A stretch of 62,625 nucleotides of DNA, counting the filler, from Chiloscyllium plagiosum (lineage: Eukaryota), in assembly GCF_004010195.1 (NCBI RefSeq). It is 4 parts of one record of this genome, joined end to end, with 100 filler letters (N's around TTAATTAATTAA, not from the genome) between each part and the next. Parts side by side here need not be neighbours in the genome. Positions count along the whole stretch, not along the records: positions 1 to 29,428 come from NC_057713.1; 3 more parts are not named here. One strand, 5' to 3'. The notes below the pieces were generated by a model, which worked only from the letters and a program-made list of their open reading frames with translations, did not search any database and was not told the origin of the DNA. This document shows, piece after piece, positions 13,558 to 27,487 of this stretch (position 1 is the first letter of the stretch; each line of letters opens with the position of its first letter). Both the position numbers and the translations under genes were made by a program.

Positions 13558-13985
13558 GCAAAAAGAGCAATTGCTGGAGAAACTCAGGAGGTCTGAGAAA
13601 GCAGAGTTAACACTTTGAGTCCTGTTCAGAACTGACTTTAGCCAGAACTGACTTTAGCTGATGTTAGAGGGAGGAAGTTCTGGGAGAGGATGGGGTAATG
13701 GAGGTGATGTGGAAGGGGAAGAGTGAATGGATAATGGAGGTGGAGCCTAGAGAAACAGCAAGACATTCAGGCAGCCAAAGGATCATTCATACTGAGCTAG
13801 GGAAGGAGAAAATCTGATAATGGGGATAATGAGTAGGTGAAAATTGGCTGAAAGCAGCCATGTCATGCCAGGGCCTCGAGTGTGAAGAATGAATAAAGGA
13901 CATGGAAGGAGGTGTGTCAGGATCTGAAACTCAATATTGAGTGCTGAGGGCTACAAGGTCCTCAAGCAGAAAATGAGATGTTATT
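13558..13985 (-). mobile_element. PLE family B 3' part: GIY-YIG C-terminus, pyrimidine-rich 3' region and terminus
   Basis: Minus strand 13927-13980 reads HLIFCLRTL*PSALNIEF, matching the PLE endonuclease C-terminal motif also seen in ORF 55377-55586; followed by the family B terminal repeat at 13558-13640. Confidence 0.75.
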
Positions 13986-14727
13986 TTACTCTTCTCTCAT
14001 TCTTAATAATGTCATGAAATAACAAAGTTGGTATTCCATGGAAAGATGTTTCTTGACCTGTTATGTTCCACCTAATTCTCTGTAGAAGCAATTCATTTCA
14101 CCTTTCCCCCTTAGCTCTGCATATTCTCTTTCAGATAATACTGTAATTCAATTCCACCCTTGTATGCCATGATTGAACCTGCCTCCAACATGCTTTCAAG
14201 TAACACATTGCACATTATTAACATCAGCTGAAAAATAGGCTTTTGCCATTTCATCGTTAATTCAATCACAATTCCCTTAAATCAGTTCCCTCCGTGTTTC
14301 ATTTTGAATTTAATCTAATGCTGCTGCCTGCACTTCAAATACCAGTCTGGAATACCTCGAGCTGTGTCTGCAATCACACTGACCCTGAAGTTGCCTGCCA
14401 TCATGTCTAAGTAAGGCTCTTCAACTCACATACAGTCGCAGCATTTTATTTGCTCCTGTACATAGTAGATCCCAATACAGTACCTCCCACTGTGACCCCA
14501 TTCTGAGGATTGAAAACTGGTGAGGACTGAGGAGGAAGATCTATGAGAGCAAGTTGAGGGAATAGTACTGCTTCTGCTAGGAAGTGGAGGCCTGCCTGAT
14601 AGGGCAGGTGTGTATGCACTGTAACTCAATCAGAGCACCAGGAAGGATATTGCTGTCTTGGAGCATGTGACTCTAAATTTCAGCTTGTGGCCCCATTTAC
14701 AGCGCTGACGCTAATTTTAAGAAAGGG

Positions 14728-14851
14728 GTGAAGGGCTCTGGCCCGAAACATCAATTTTACTTCTCTTTGGATGCTGCCTGACCTGCTGTGCTTTTCCAGC
14801 ACCCCACTCTCAACTCTGATCTCCAGCATCTGCAGTCCTTCACTTTCTCCC
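14728..14851 (+). mobile_element. PLE family A single terminal arm
   Basis: tgaagggctctggcccgaaac...ctccagcatctgcagtccttcactttctcc; truncated inside the hammerhead core. Confidence 0.85.
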
Positions 14852-15011
14852 AATTTTACGAAACCCTTTTCTAGCCTAGTATCTTGTCTCTTCACATGTG
14901 ACGTCATGGTATCAGAGTCATCTGAACATTGCCATCATCATGATTTACACAAATCTTATTCCATCACACTCTGAGCTTTCTGCCAATGGGAATGGTTTAC
15001 CCGTATCTAGA

Positions 15012-15230
15012 GAAAATGCTGGAGAATCCCAGCAGGTCTGCCAGTATTTGTGGAGAGAGAAACAGAGTTATTGTTTTAAGTCTAGTGTGTGACTCTTTTT
15101 GGGAACATCATATTGGACTCAAAACATTAATCCTGCTTTCTTTTCCTCTTTCCTCAGATGTTCTCAGACCTGCTACTTCTTGCAACACTTTCTTTTCCAG
15201 ATTTCTGGCATCTGCAGTGATTTGCTATTA
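15012..15230. mobile_element. PLE family B fold-back
   Basis: Imperfect inverted arms (gctggagaatcccagcaggtctg... / ...cagacctgct...) with a one-sided tail ...ggcatctgcagt. Confidence 0.65.
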
Positions 15231-15811
15231 TTCTCTCCAACAGCTCTGTCCAAATCCCTCATGATTTTGAATACATTGATCAAATCTCCTCTCAGCCTTC
15301 CCTTCTCCAAGGAGAACAGTTCCAGCTTTTCCAAACTCTTGAAGACCCTCATCCCATTCTTGTGAATCTCTTCTGTGGACTGTCTAATGTTTTCATGTCT
15401 TGTCTCAGGCATGACAAAATAAAATGCTAAGTTTACTTGTGTCACTCTGATAGAATCCTGCAAGCATTTGAATGTCAAGTGGTTGAGGCGTCAACTGATC
15501 CATATGGGGTCCTACTAAAGATTATCTGATTATTTATCATAGTTTGACAAGCTTTGCAGGCTGATCTGTAAGTTAAATTTCCATCAAGCACAAATTTGTG
15601 ATGCAGAATCAATGAATTTGCTCACCGAAGTGAAAGCAAACTCAATGACTCAATAAGTAAATCCTCCAAGTAAACAAATCATAACGTATCAAATTATTTC
15701 AGACATGCTGTTATCTTAACAGCTCTTCCAGATCATCTCACAACTCCCACACATGTGAACATCTTGTTCCGCAAACAATCCTAACCCTGATTGAAAGACC
15801 ATCTTTAAACC

Positions 15812-16005
15812 TTGTGGAGAGAGAAACGGAGTTAACGTTTCAAGTTCGGTATGAATCGTCTTCAGAACCTCTAAAGAAATGTCATAGTGGACTTGAAATA
15901 TTAACTCTGTTTCTCTCTCCACAAGTGCTATCAGACACACTGTGTTTCTCTGGCTGTCTCTGTGTTTGTTTGAATTTGAGCATATGCAGTATTTTGCTTT
16001 TATTC
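15812..16005. mobile_element. PLE family B fold-back with hammerhead core on the minus strand
   Basis: Arms tgtggagagagaaac.gagttaa / ttaactctgtttctctctccaca. Minus strand 15831-15868 reads gtt-CTGAAGA-cgattcataccgaactt-GAAA-c-GTT-aac. Confidence 0.75.
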
Positions 16006-16069
16006 CTTAAAACTTACCTCAGATCATTAAATTGGCATTCATACATCAGAATGCCAAGATTTTGCAGTT

Positions 16070-16740
16070 ATAAAAACATACGAACATACAAATGAAAGCC
16101 AGGCCCAGGTTATTCAGCTGCTTGAGCCTTCTCCACCATTCAATAAGATTAAGACTGAACTGATTGCAGCCTCAATTCCATTTTCTTACTGACCCCTGAT
16201 AACCTTTGACTGTTTTGTTAATCAACCTCAATCATGAAAATAGAGAATGACTGCCTCCTGAGGCTCAGGGGAAGAAAGTTCCAAAGGCTCGTTATCTTTT
16301 GAAAGAAAAATATTCTCCAAACCTCCAACTTAAATGGGAGAACCCTTATTTATAAACTGTGTCCCCTAGTTCTAGTCTCCCCAACAAAGGGAAACATCTA
16401 TTTTGGCATCCAACTTGTCAAAAACCCCTCAAGATCTTAAAAGTGGCAGTGGGACCATCTCTCACTCCTCTAAACTTCAATGGACATAGGCCCAACCTGC
16501 CAAACATTCCTCATAGGCTGACCCCTCCACCACAGGTATTAGGTTAATGAACCTATTCTGAGCTGCTTCTAAAACATTTATATTTTTTCTTACATAAGCA
16601 GACTAAAACTGTACACAGTACTCCGAATGAGGTCTTACCAATGTCCTAGGTAACTAACTAAACACCCATAAATTTATGTTCCATTCCCCTCAAAATGGAT
16701 AGCAACATTTAATTTGCCTTCCTAAACCTTTGCTTACCGT
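16070..16740 (-). mobile_element. CR1 LINE 3' fragment, old
   Basis: Reverse complement resembles CR1 ORF2 C-terminus and 3' UTR as in other copies. Confidence 0.7.
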
Positions 16741-17974
16741 ATATTTTTTCTTTTCAAAAGTTTATTTGCATCCAGTTTATATGGAACTACACTCTATAAA
16801 TGTCATGTACCCAAAAATGTAACATGACCTTCACTAAGCAAGTCATACCCTCTGTGTTAATTCATGTGTTCCACCCATCCCCAGTGGACACTCATACCCA
16901 TTATTTTAACTCATTGCATTTTCATGCCCATCCATCCAGCAAGGCTTCTTTACAGGAACAATAAACTCTGTAGGAGCAGACTCTATTGCAGACTGAAGAA
17001 TACAATGGGAAACTGATTCATTTGCCATCATTACTCCTCAGACACTGTCAGCTCCTTTGGAATCTAGATGTGCATTTCAAAATGTAGGAGTTGTTTTCTG
17101 TGATGCTATACTTGCCCATAAGGCACAGAATTCATGAAAATACAGTCAGGTTGAAACCACAGAATTAATGAAAATTCATCCACACTTCTAATTGATTACG
17201 ATCACTGTAAAAACTTTGGAAAATATAAGTTTTGCTGAATGATATGTACAGCAGATTTAAATGCGATCTCAAATTCATAATTATTACTGAACAGCTTCAC
17301 TCTCCATGAAAAACTACTTTATATTTGTGGAATGTCAAACTTAAATATTAAAATTAAAGATAAATCCTATGTATATGTCCCAATCATTTATATCATTCTC
17401 TTTAACAAAAAGTGAAAAATTCAGTGTGATTTAATAACTGGTTTTTTGCCTCCACCAATACTTCATGTGGTTCACTATGCACTGTTTAGTTGAGTTATAA
17501 ACCACCAGGACCATTTCAAAATGATTGACATGACTCAATCCTATTGACTTTGACCGTCAGTGGTCTGGTAGTGAACTAGCGCCATGCACTCCAGACATGT
17601 CTAGCTCCATTGTATGAATTGGTATCTCCTAGACACCTACAATCTTTTACATCATACCAACTTATGCATGTCTTATGGTTCACTGTACTTCATAACTTGG
17701 CTGAGAGCCAGGTGCACATAAAAGTATTTATTTTCTTGGCCTATGTATAGAAGGCAATGTTTTATTTGATTAACAGCTTCGTGATTGCGCCGTAAGTTTT
17801 TTTTTCTGATCTCCTTTGTCAATGGTTCAATATTTATTTACTGAAGGTAAATAGGTACCAAGTGCTTATAACTTCTGTTAGTAACATAGATTTGATTGAT
17901 TGACATTTTTATTGTTTTGTAGAAAAATGAGTTCCATTAGAAGTAAAATTATGAATGAACATTTTGAAGGAGTT

Positions 17975-19320
17975 ATTTTTTTTTAATTCAGGAGATGCGA
18001 TGTTGCTCGCTCAGCCGGCAATCATGGCCCATCCCTAGTTGTCCAAGAGAAGATGGTAGTGGGTTGCTATCTTGAACTGTTACAGTTCTTATGCTGTCAG
18101 TAGATTCACCATTCTTTTAGGGAGGGGAATATAGGATTTTGACCCAGCAACACTGAAGGCATGGTGATTTTTGCAAGTCAGGATGATGAATAACTCAGAG
18201 GTGAAATTGCAGGCGGTGGTCTTCAAATGTATCTGCTGTCCTTGTCCTTCTAGAAGGAAGTAGTCATGGTGAATCTTTGGTGAAGATCTGCACTGCATTT
18301 TGATGATTGGATAGGATTTAGTTAGGTTAGTTGGCTGGATGATTTGCAGTGCAAAGTTATGCGAATACTCAATGCCCTTGCTGGCTAAGATTCCCATGAA
18401 GGATTTCATTCTCAACTTCTCACCTCACCTGAGACATGTTAACCCTGAGGATATACCACAACCACCAATTTCTCTCTCTCTAATTGTGATCCAGTTGGAC
18501 TATGGTCACTTTTACACTGCTACTACGGAGCACTGAGTGGTGAAGGGAGGGGATATTTGTGGATGTGGTTTTCCTGGATGGCGCCAAGCTTCTAGAATAT
18601 TCTTTGAACTGTATTCATCCAGGCAACTACAGGACATTCCATAACATGCCTGATTGTGCCTTGTAGCTTGATGGTGGGTCAGGAATTAGTTGAGTTAATC
18701 AAAAGGTGAGCTAGTTTCTGACCTGCCCTTGTAGTTACAATACTTATCTATTTATTCTGGTTCAGTTTATCATCGAGTTGTTGCTAGTGGGGAACTGATT
18801 GACAGTAATGCCAATGCAGGTCAAGGAATGAAAGTTAGATTCACTCTTGTCAGAGGCAACCATTGCCTGGCACTTGTGTGGTATGAATGTTACTTGCTTC
18901 TTGTCAATCAAGATCCTTGGATATTGCACAGGTCTTCCTGCATTTCGACATGGGCCACTTCAATATCTGAGGAGTTGCAAATGGTGCTGAACATTGTGAA
19001 GTTTACCAGCAAACATCTCAATTTCTGACTTTATGATGAAGGTAAGACTATTAATGAAACAATTGAAGATAGTTTGGTTTTGTACAATACAATAAGGAGC
19101 TTCTTGGAGCTGAGATGACCGACCTGCAACAGTCACAATCATCTTCCATTCTTTTTCATTTTCCAGATGTGATGATGGCAGAGAACTCCCCTGATTCCCA
19201 CTGACTGCAGGTATTTCAAGGCCTACGGATGCCACAAATGGTCAAATGCAGCCTTGCTGTCCACAGTGATCACTCTTTGATATTCACCTCTTCTGTCCAT
19301 GTTTGAACTATATGTTGTTC
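17975..19320 (-). mobile_element. Second LINE family (CR1/L2 group), 3' half, degraded
   Basis: Reverse complement carries the family tail (actagggatgggccat..ttgccggctgagcgagc..catc) and RT remains (FNCFINSL...EMFAG..) homologous to 25750-26510. Confidence 0.75.
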
Positions 19321-19324
19321 CTGA

Positions 19325-19545
19325 AAAGTTAAGAGTGTGGTGCTGGAAAAACACAGCAGATCAGGCAGCAGCCAAGGAGAGGAGAATCGACATTTTGGGC
19401 ATACGGGCTTCATCAGGAATGGTTCCGATGAAGGGCTTATGCCCAAAATGTCGATTCTCCTGTTCCTTGGATGCTGCCTGACCTGATGTACTTTTTCAGC
19501 ACCATACTCTCGATCTCCAGCATCTGCAGTCCTCACTTTCTCCTA
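19325..19545. mobile_element. PLE family A fold-back insertion
   Basis: Inverted arms around cttcatcaggaatggttccgatgaagg; tail on the right arm only; approximate TSD GTTGTT(C/A)CTGA at 19314-19324 and 19546-19556. Confidence 0.9.
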
Positions 19546-19849
19546 GTTGTTACTGAGGAGTCGATTTTTTCTGTACGGAGTGCATGATCAGTAAATGGGC
19601 ATGAAAGTGCCATGAGTTGCCATGTAGAATATGAGGTGCCAATGGGTGTGGGCGGTAACATGATTTGGCATGAGGGTGGCATGGAAATTAGTTGGGAATG
19701 AAAAAATGTGAAAGTTGAGGGCTGACAGATCTTAAATATAAGCAAACAGATGGGACAAAATCCTAGCTACATAAGGATAGCCTTTTGGCTAGTGCAGCTA
19801 AGCAATTCACTACCCTGTCATTGCCTTGAATCTGATTTCACTAGTGGCA

Positions 19850-21475
19850 GAGAGTCAGAGAGTCATAGAGATGTAAAGCATGGGAACAGACCCTTCGGTC
19901 CAATTCGTCCATGCCGACCAGATATCCTAACCTAATCTAGTCCCATTTACTAGCACTTAACCGAGATCCCTCTAAACGCTTCTTATTCATATCCCCATCC
20001 AGATGCCTTTTAAATGTTGCAATTGTACCAGCATCCACCACTTCTTCGGGCAGCTCATTCCATTACACACCACCCACTGCATGTAAAAATTGCCCCTTAT
20101 GTCCCTTTTAAACTTTTCTCCTCTCACCCTAAACCTATGCCCTCTTGTTCTGGACTCCTCTAATCCAGGGAAAATACCTTGTCTATTTACCTTAAACATG
20201 ACCCCTATGATTTTATAAACCTCTATAAGGTCACCTCTTACTCTCTGATGCTCCAAGGAAAACAGCCCCAGCCTTTTCAGCCTGTTCCTATAGCTCAACT
20301 CTGCAACCCTGACAACATCTTTGGAAATCTTTTCTGAACCCTTTCAAGTTTCACAACATCCTTCAAATAGGAGGAAGACCAGAATTGTACACAATATTCC
20401 AAAGGTGGTCTAACCAATCTCCTGTACAGCCACAACATGACCTCTCATCTCCTATACTGAATGCTCTGAACAATAAAGAAAAGCACACCAAACACCTTCC
20501 TCACAATCCTATCTACCTGAGACTCCATTTCATGGAAATACGAACCTGCACTCCAAGGTCTTTTTGTTCAGCAACACTCCCCAAGACCTTACAATTGAGT
20601 GTATAAGTCCTGCTCTGATTTGCCTTTCCAAAATGTTATATCTCACATTTATTTAAATTAAACTCCATCTGCCACTCCTCAGCTCAATGGCCTGTCTGAT
20701 CAAGATCCCATTGTAATCTGAGGTAACCTTCATCTCTGTCCACAGCGCCTCTAATTTTGGTGTCACCTGCAAACTTATGAACTATATCCCCTATGTTCAC
20801 ATGCAAATCATTTATATAAATGATAAAAAGCAATGAACCCAGCACCAATCCTTGTGGCACACCACTGGTCACAGGTCTCCAGTCTAAAAAGCAATTCCCA
20901 CCATTATCCTCTAACTTCTACCTTCAAACCAGTTCTGTATCCAAATGGCTAATTCTCCCTGTATTCCATGAGATCTAACCTTGTCAAGCGCCTTACTGAA
21001 GTCCATTTAGATCACGTCAACTGCCCTGCCCTCATCAATCCTCTTTGTTACTTCTTCAAAAACTCAATCAAATTAGCAAGACATGATAACCCACACACAA
21101 GCCATGTTGACTATCCTTAATCAGTCCTTACCTTTCCAAATACATGTAAATCCTGTCTCTCAGGATTCCCTCCACCAACTTGCCCACTACCGATGTCAGG
21201 CTCACGTGTCTACAGTTCCCTGGCTTTTCTTTATCACCTTTCTTAAATAGTCGCACCATGTTAGCCAACCTCTAACACCTCACCTGTGATTGATTATCAA
21301 TTATACAAATATTTTAGCAAGGGCCCGGCCATCATTTTCCCAGCTTCCCACAGAGTTCTCGGGTACAACAGATCATGTCCTGGGGATTTATTCACTGTTA
21401 TGCATTTTAAGACATCCAGCAACTCCTTCTCTGTAATATGAGCATGTCTGACACTATCTCACTTCCATTCCTTCA
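19850..21475 (-). mobile_element. CR1 (HER1-like) LINE, RT to 3' tail
   Basis: ORF 20684-20872 (TSGVPQGLVLGSLLFIIYINDL..KFAGDTK) and ORF 19987-20298; tail ctatgactct. Confidence 0.93.
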
Positions 21476-21724
21476 GAGCTGTGATTGGATCTGACAAGGC
21501 ACGTTCCAATGCAGCTCTGTCAAGTCAATGTGTGTTTAGACGGGTGAACTACAATAGATGGAGGAAAGTTGCAAACTTAAGATCAGTATTTACAGTGCCA
21601 AACCTTTCAGAGATTGAAAGCGGGGAGTTGGATATTAGTTGTAAAAAACAGTACCATCAGGTTAGTAACCTCAGAAATAACTTTTGAAGAAACAGCTTGG
21701 GTGACTTATACATATTAACTTGAT

Positions 21725-21932
21725 AAAAGCAAACAACAGTGGATGCTAGAAATCTGAAACAAAAACAGAAAATGCTGGCAAAACTCAACAGATCTGGCAG
21801 CATTTGTAGAGAGAAAACCAGTGTTGATATCCTAACAAACGGTCACTGAACTTAAAATGTTAATGCTGCTTGTCTCTGTACGGTGGTTTCCAGACCTGCT
21901 GTGTTTCCCCAGCACTTTCTAGCTTTGTTTCA
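21725..21932. mobile_element. PLE family B fold-back, degenerate
   Basis: Arms tctgaaacaaaaacagaaaatgctgg / ccagcactttctagctttgtttcaga with a one-sided tail. Confidence 0.7.
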
Positions 21933-22844
21933 GAAATATTAATGTCTTGCTTGATAGATGGCATAGAAGTGAGGTTTCAGACCATTTATAGAATGCTTGT
22001 TCATCATTTTTTATGTCCTCAGGAAAGATTAAAGAAGGATTTTAAAATGCTATTTGTTAGCAATGTGCTAAAACCCAGTTAGGTAAATTGGTGGAGATGG
22101 GGCTACAGTGTGTTTGAAATGTAAAAAGTGGAAGGCTGACTGAGATTTGGACCAGAATTACATTAAGATGAACCATCTTATTCACATCCATGGGCAGTGT
22201 GCCCATTTAAGCTAATTGAATACCATGCAGTTTATCACAGTTAGTAGCAGAAAGGTAAGCACTGGTGGGTCATCAGGTGATTGATCACAGTATGACTGAA
22301 CCAGAACTAAGCTCCAATGGAGTGTGAGAAAATACACCATAATAAACTTGAACTTTGTCTGTTTCTTCATTTTATATTGGCATTTTCCAAACATTTTTGC
22401 AAATTGTAAGCATCTCTACCCGACTTTCCTGACAAATATTTCTTTCTTCTTTACATTCTCCCATTCTCTCTCTGGATTTAACCTTGGCGTGGGGCCAAGT
22501 GAACACTCAGTTTGAGTTCCCGGCTTCACTAGTCGTCCGCACTTCTGTTAAATCTTTGGGCAGATGGAGAAAAAGACAAGTTATTTGGAGATGAACAAGC
22601 TTTCTGGTATTGGAGCTGTTGCCATTCTCATTTTATACTGGGAAATGAAACCTAACTTTGATTCACAAGACTTTTATTTCAATTCGCTTCTCCTTCCTAA
22701 AAATCAACTTATCAGTTTTGTTTTTCTTAAGCAAACAAAACAGACCATTAAAGTTTCATTGCAAAACTTTTCGACTATCGTAACAATTACCTATTCGATA
22801 CTGCTCCACTATAGTCACTATAATGAAAATTTATTTTTCAGTTT

Positions 22845-23160
22845 GGATGGCAAGGTAGTTCAATGGTTAGCACTGCTGCCACACAGTGCCAGGGACCTGC
22901 TTGGGTAACTATCTATGTGGAGCTTGTACACTCTCCCCATGTCTGTGTGAGTTTGCTCTAGTATCCTCCCACAGACCAAAGATGTGCAAGGTAGGTGGAG
23001 CAGCCATGCTAAATAGCCCATAGTGTCCAGGGGTGTGCAGGCTAGTTAGATTGGTCATGGGAAATCCAGCGTCAGGGTGATTCTGGGCGGGATGCTCTTT
23101 GGAGGGTTGTTGTGAACTTGATGGTTGAATGACCTGTTTCTACACTCTAGGAATACAATG
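22845..23160 (+). mobile_element. HE1 SINE, diverged
   Basis: Head caatggttagcactgctgccacacagtgccaggg, V-domain and tail. Confidence 0.85.
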
Positions 23161-23199
23161 AATTTCTGAATTATAATCATGAAGAATTACTTAGCAAAT

Positions 23200-24175
23200 A
23201 TAGTCAATTTTTAGTTATAAGCTTCCAAAATTCTTTAGATTCTAAAAAGGTCCTAGCCTTTTGGAAAATAACAAATATGGCATATTTACTCAAGAAAGGT
23301 AGAAGGCAGAAAGCAGGAAACTGTAGCTAGTTAGCCTATCATCTATTTAGCGAAAGTGCAAGAACTCATTAATGTTATTGCAAGATACTTAAAAAATATT
23401 TACAATATGATCAGGCAGAGCCAACATGGTTTATGAAATAGCAATCTTCTTTAATTAATCTAATTGAGTGTTTTGATGAAGTAGCATTTACAGTGGATAG
23501 AAGGCATTGGATAAATGTGGCATGCCTGGATTTCTGACAGAAAAATCATCAACTATAAAACCATATCAAAGGTTACTGAAAAAGTGTACATGGTATAGAA
23601 GGTAAATTATCAGCTTGGAAAAAGGATTGGTTACAGATGAAACCAAGGCAGCTAGGAAATTAAGTTGTCAGGAGGTAGAAAGTCTGCAAAGAGATATGGA
23701 CGATTTTAGTGAGTTGACAAAAAAATGGCAGATGGAGTATATAACATAGGTAAAAGTGAAATTCTCCATTTAGGTAGGAAGGACGGGAAAGCAGTATACT
23801 TTTTAAATCGATAGATATTGTAGAACTCAGTGGTATAAGGGACATGGATGTCCGCCTATATGAATCACATAATGTTAGTAAGCAAGTACTAAAAAATTAT
23901 TAGGAAGGTAAATGAAAACACATTCGAGGCAATGGTCCTAATGCAGTGTCATAACATTCAAGGCTGTGGGCCTCCTCTATGAAAGTGGGAGTAGTGTTAA
24001 CAGTGGTGTATTTTTAGAAGTAGAGACCAAAGGGCCAAAGGGCCTCTTCTGTATAGTCTTATGATTCTGTGTTGTCAGATACTGCAAGAGGAATGGAATT
24101 TAAAAGTAGAGAAGATTTTTCTGCAGATGTAAAATGTGGATATGAAGTCTAGGGTAAATACTGATTACCGTATAT
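23200..24175 (+). mobile_element. Old CR1 LINE fragment (appears to resume at 28740-28929)
   Basis: Degenerate RT motifs (WKITN..LLKKG.RQKAGN.., LINLIECFDEV) and C-terminal remains. Confidence 0.7.
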
Positions 24176-26512
24176 AGCAGACCCACAAAAATGCTTTCGA
24201 CGCTTAAATGACCTCTAAAATAGCCTAGCAAGACACTCAATCTGTTACAAAGTCCTCAACAAAGGAATAAATGAGATGGATCACCTGGCATTGATTGAAG
24301 AAGCAGAAACAATAGTGGCAACCAAATGCCGATTGATGCTTCAAATTCTCCTCCATGCCAACATTTAGGTGCTTATGCCAAAATTGGGAAAGTTACCTCA
24401 CAGACTCATTGATCCACAATCCATAATTGTCTCTAAGCTATCATTCTATGAATATGACTAGCCAAACCCCACCAAGGCCACTCTTTTCCCATTGCCAGGG
24501 CAGATCCAATAGAGGTGATGATATAGCAGGAGTTGTCTATGCAGTCTACAACATTGTCTCCAGATCCCATTTAATATCATGACAATGTGGTCAAAGAAAC
24601 ATCCTGCTAATTACCACATCTTCCATCTATACCATGCTGATAAATCATACTCTAACACATTGAACACCTGTTGGAGGAGATCTGAAGGGGGCAATGGCAC
24701 ATTTGAACAATAGTACTGAAGACTTGTGCACTAGAACTAACCATGCCCTGAGTAAGAGTTGTTGTAGGATTGAAGTCCTACCTTCGCAATGAGAATACCT
24801 CCTATCGGGTTGTGTGATACTACCGCAATGCTAAATGGGAGAGACTGTGAACAGATCTAACATCGCAAAACAATACATCATTATGGTACTGTGGGTTATC
24901 GGCAGCACTTGTGTTCAATACACTCTGTAATCTTATAGATTGATATATCCCCCACTCTTGCATTACCTTCGAACCAATCGGTCAATTCTAATTCATTGAA
25001 GAGCGCAATGTGAAAAGCAGCACTAGGCATACTTAAAAATGTTTTGTCCAACAGCTATGATGCATGACTGTTTGTGCGCCAAACAAGAGAATCAGCATGC
25101 ATCAGCTAAGCAAAAAATACAACCAATTAGATCCAAGCTCTGCAAACATGCCACACCCACTGTGAATGGTCGTGCATAATTAAACAATTAAGAGGCGATA
25201 GAGGCTTCACAAATATCCCTTTATTCATTGAGAAGGGAGTCCAGCATATCAGTGCAAAACATAAAATTAAATTATTTGCTTCTATCTTTAGCCAAAAATG
25301 CCATGTGAATGATTGATCTTGACCTCCTCTTGAGGCTCCCAGAATTACAAATGCCAGTCTTCAGCCAATTTCATTCACTCCATGAGTTATCAAGAAATGG
25401 CTGAAAACATTGGATACTGTAACGACTATGGGCCCTACCACCATTTGAGCAATAGTACTGAAGGCTAGTACTAAACAGAACTAACTATGCCTCTAATAAA
25501 GCTGTTCCAGGTTATTTACAATGTTGGCTCATAGCTATCAATGTAGAAAATTGCCAAGATATGTCCTGTGCACAAAAAAGCAGGTCAAAGCGAGTCCAAT
25601 TAATTACTGTCAGTCTACTTTCAACCATCTCAAGATTTTGGAAAGATTGTTTTGTGTGCTCTCAAGAGCCAATTGCAAAGATATATCCTGCTCACTGAGA
25701 CTCAATTTGAGTTCTAGCAGAGGTAGCACATCCATAACAAAACTACAGCCTTACTCCAAACAAATGAAAGAGCTGAACCCCAAAGACAAGTGACTGTCCT
25801 TGACATCAAAGTAGTATTTAACTGAGTGTGACATCAAGAAATCCTAGCAAAACTGGAGTTAAAAGGAATCAAGGTGAAAACTCTCCCTGCTTGGAATCAT
25901 TTCAGACATAAATGAAATGGTTTTAGCTGTTAGATGTCAGTTATCTCCAGGATATCTTTGCAGGAGTTCTCAAGGTAGTTTTGAGGTTCAACCATTTTCA
26001 GCTGCTTCATCAATAGCATTCTCTGATGTTCACTGATGATTGCACAATGTTCAGCACTGTTCATGACTCCTCAGACACTGATGCAGCTGGTGGCTTTGTC
26101 CTTTGAGTTGATCAAGGATGCAGGTTTTACAGGTGCTTTCAGAGGAGCTTTGGTGATTTGATACATTGCACAAATGATGGTTCACACTGCCATCACCTGT
26201 GTGTCGATGGTGGAGGGAGGGAATGATGGATGATGGAATGCCAATGAAGCAGACTGCTCTGGTTGGGAATGTGTCAAGTTTCTGGAGTGTTGTTAGAGCT
26301 GCACTCATCCAGGAAAATGAGGAGTATTCCTTCACACTTCTGACTTGTAAATTACAGACAGTAGAGAAGTACAGAAGTAATCCATCTCCAAATGCAACAA
26401 GATTTGGCCATATCCAGGCTTGTGCTGTATAGTGGCAAGTAATACTTATGACACAGTGATTTGCAAAAACAATCTTCAGGAAGAGAAAATATAACTATCA
26501 TTTCCTGAATTT

Positions 26513-27450
26513 TCATCATTTATTTAATGATTTGGATGTGATCATAGGAGGTATAGTTAATAAGTTTGTAGCTAACACCAAAATTGGAGGTGTAGTGGAC
26601 AGCGAAGATTCTCTCAGAGTACAACAGGATCTTGGTCAGATGGGCCAATGGGCTGAGAAATGGCAGATGGAGATTAATTTAGATAAATGTGAGGTGCTGC
26701 ATTTTAGAAAGGTAAATCAGGGCAGGACTTAAATACTTAATGGTAAGTTCCTGGAGTGTTGCTGGACAAAGATACCTTGAAGTGCAGGTTGATAGTTCCT
26801 TGAAAGTGGAGCCTCAGGTATATAGGATAGTGAAGCAGGCATTTAGTATGCTTTCCTTTATTGGTCAGAGCATCGAGTTAGGATGTTATATTGCAGCTGT
26901 ACAGGACATTGCTTAGGCCACTTTTGGAATATTGTGTGCAATTCTGCTCTTCCTCCTATGGGAAGGATGTTCTGAAACTTGAAAGAATGCATAAAAGATT
27001 TGCAAGGATGTTGCCAAAGTTGCAGAGTTTGAGCTGGGACTGTTTTCCCTGGAGCGTTGGAGGCTGAGGGGTGACCTCATAGAGGTTTATAAAATCATGA
27101 GGGGCATGGATAGGATAAATAGACAAAGTTTTTTCCCTGGGGTGGGAGAGTCTAGATCTAGTGGGCATAGGTGTAGAGTGAGAGGGAAAAGATTTTAAAG
27201 GGGCAACATTTTCAAGCAGAGGATGGTGTATGTATGGAATGAGCTGCCAGAGGAAGTGGGGGAGGCTGGTACAATTACAAAATTTAAAAAGCATCTGGAT
27301 GGTGATATGAATCGAATAGGTTTCAAGGGATATGGGCCAAGTGCTGGCAAATGAAACTAGATTAGGTTAGATAGCTGGTCAGCATGAATGAGTTGGACCA
27401 AAGGGTGTGTTTCTGTGCTGTACATCTCTATGATTCTATGACTCTATGAC
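26513..27450 (+). mobile_element. CR1 LINE 3' fragment nested in the second-family LINE
   Basis: ORF 26532-26732 (KFVANTKIGGVVDSED..WAEKWQMEINLDKCEVLHF); tail ctatgattctatgactctatgac. Confidence 0.92.
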
Positions 27451-27487
27451 GATCAATGGCTGAATTCTCCCAGCATCAATAGCATGG

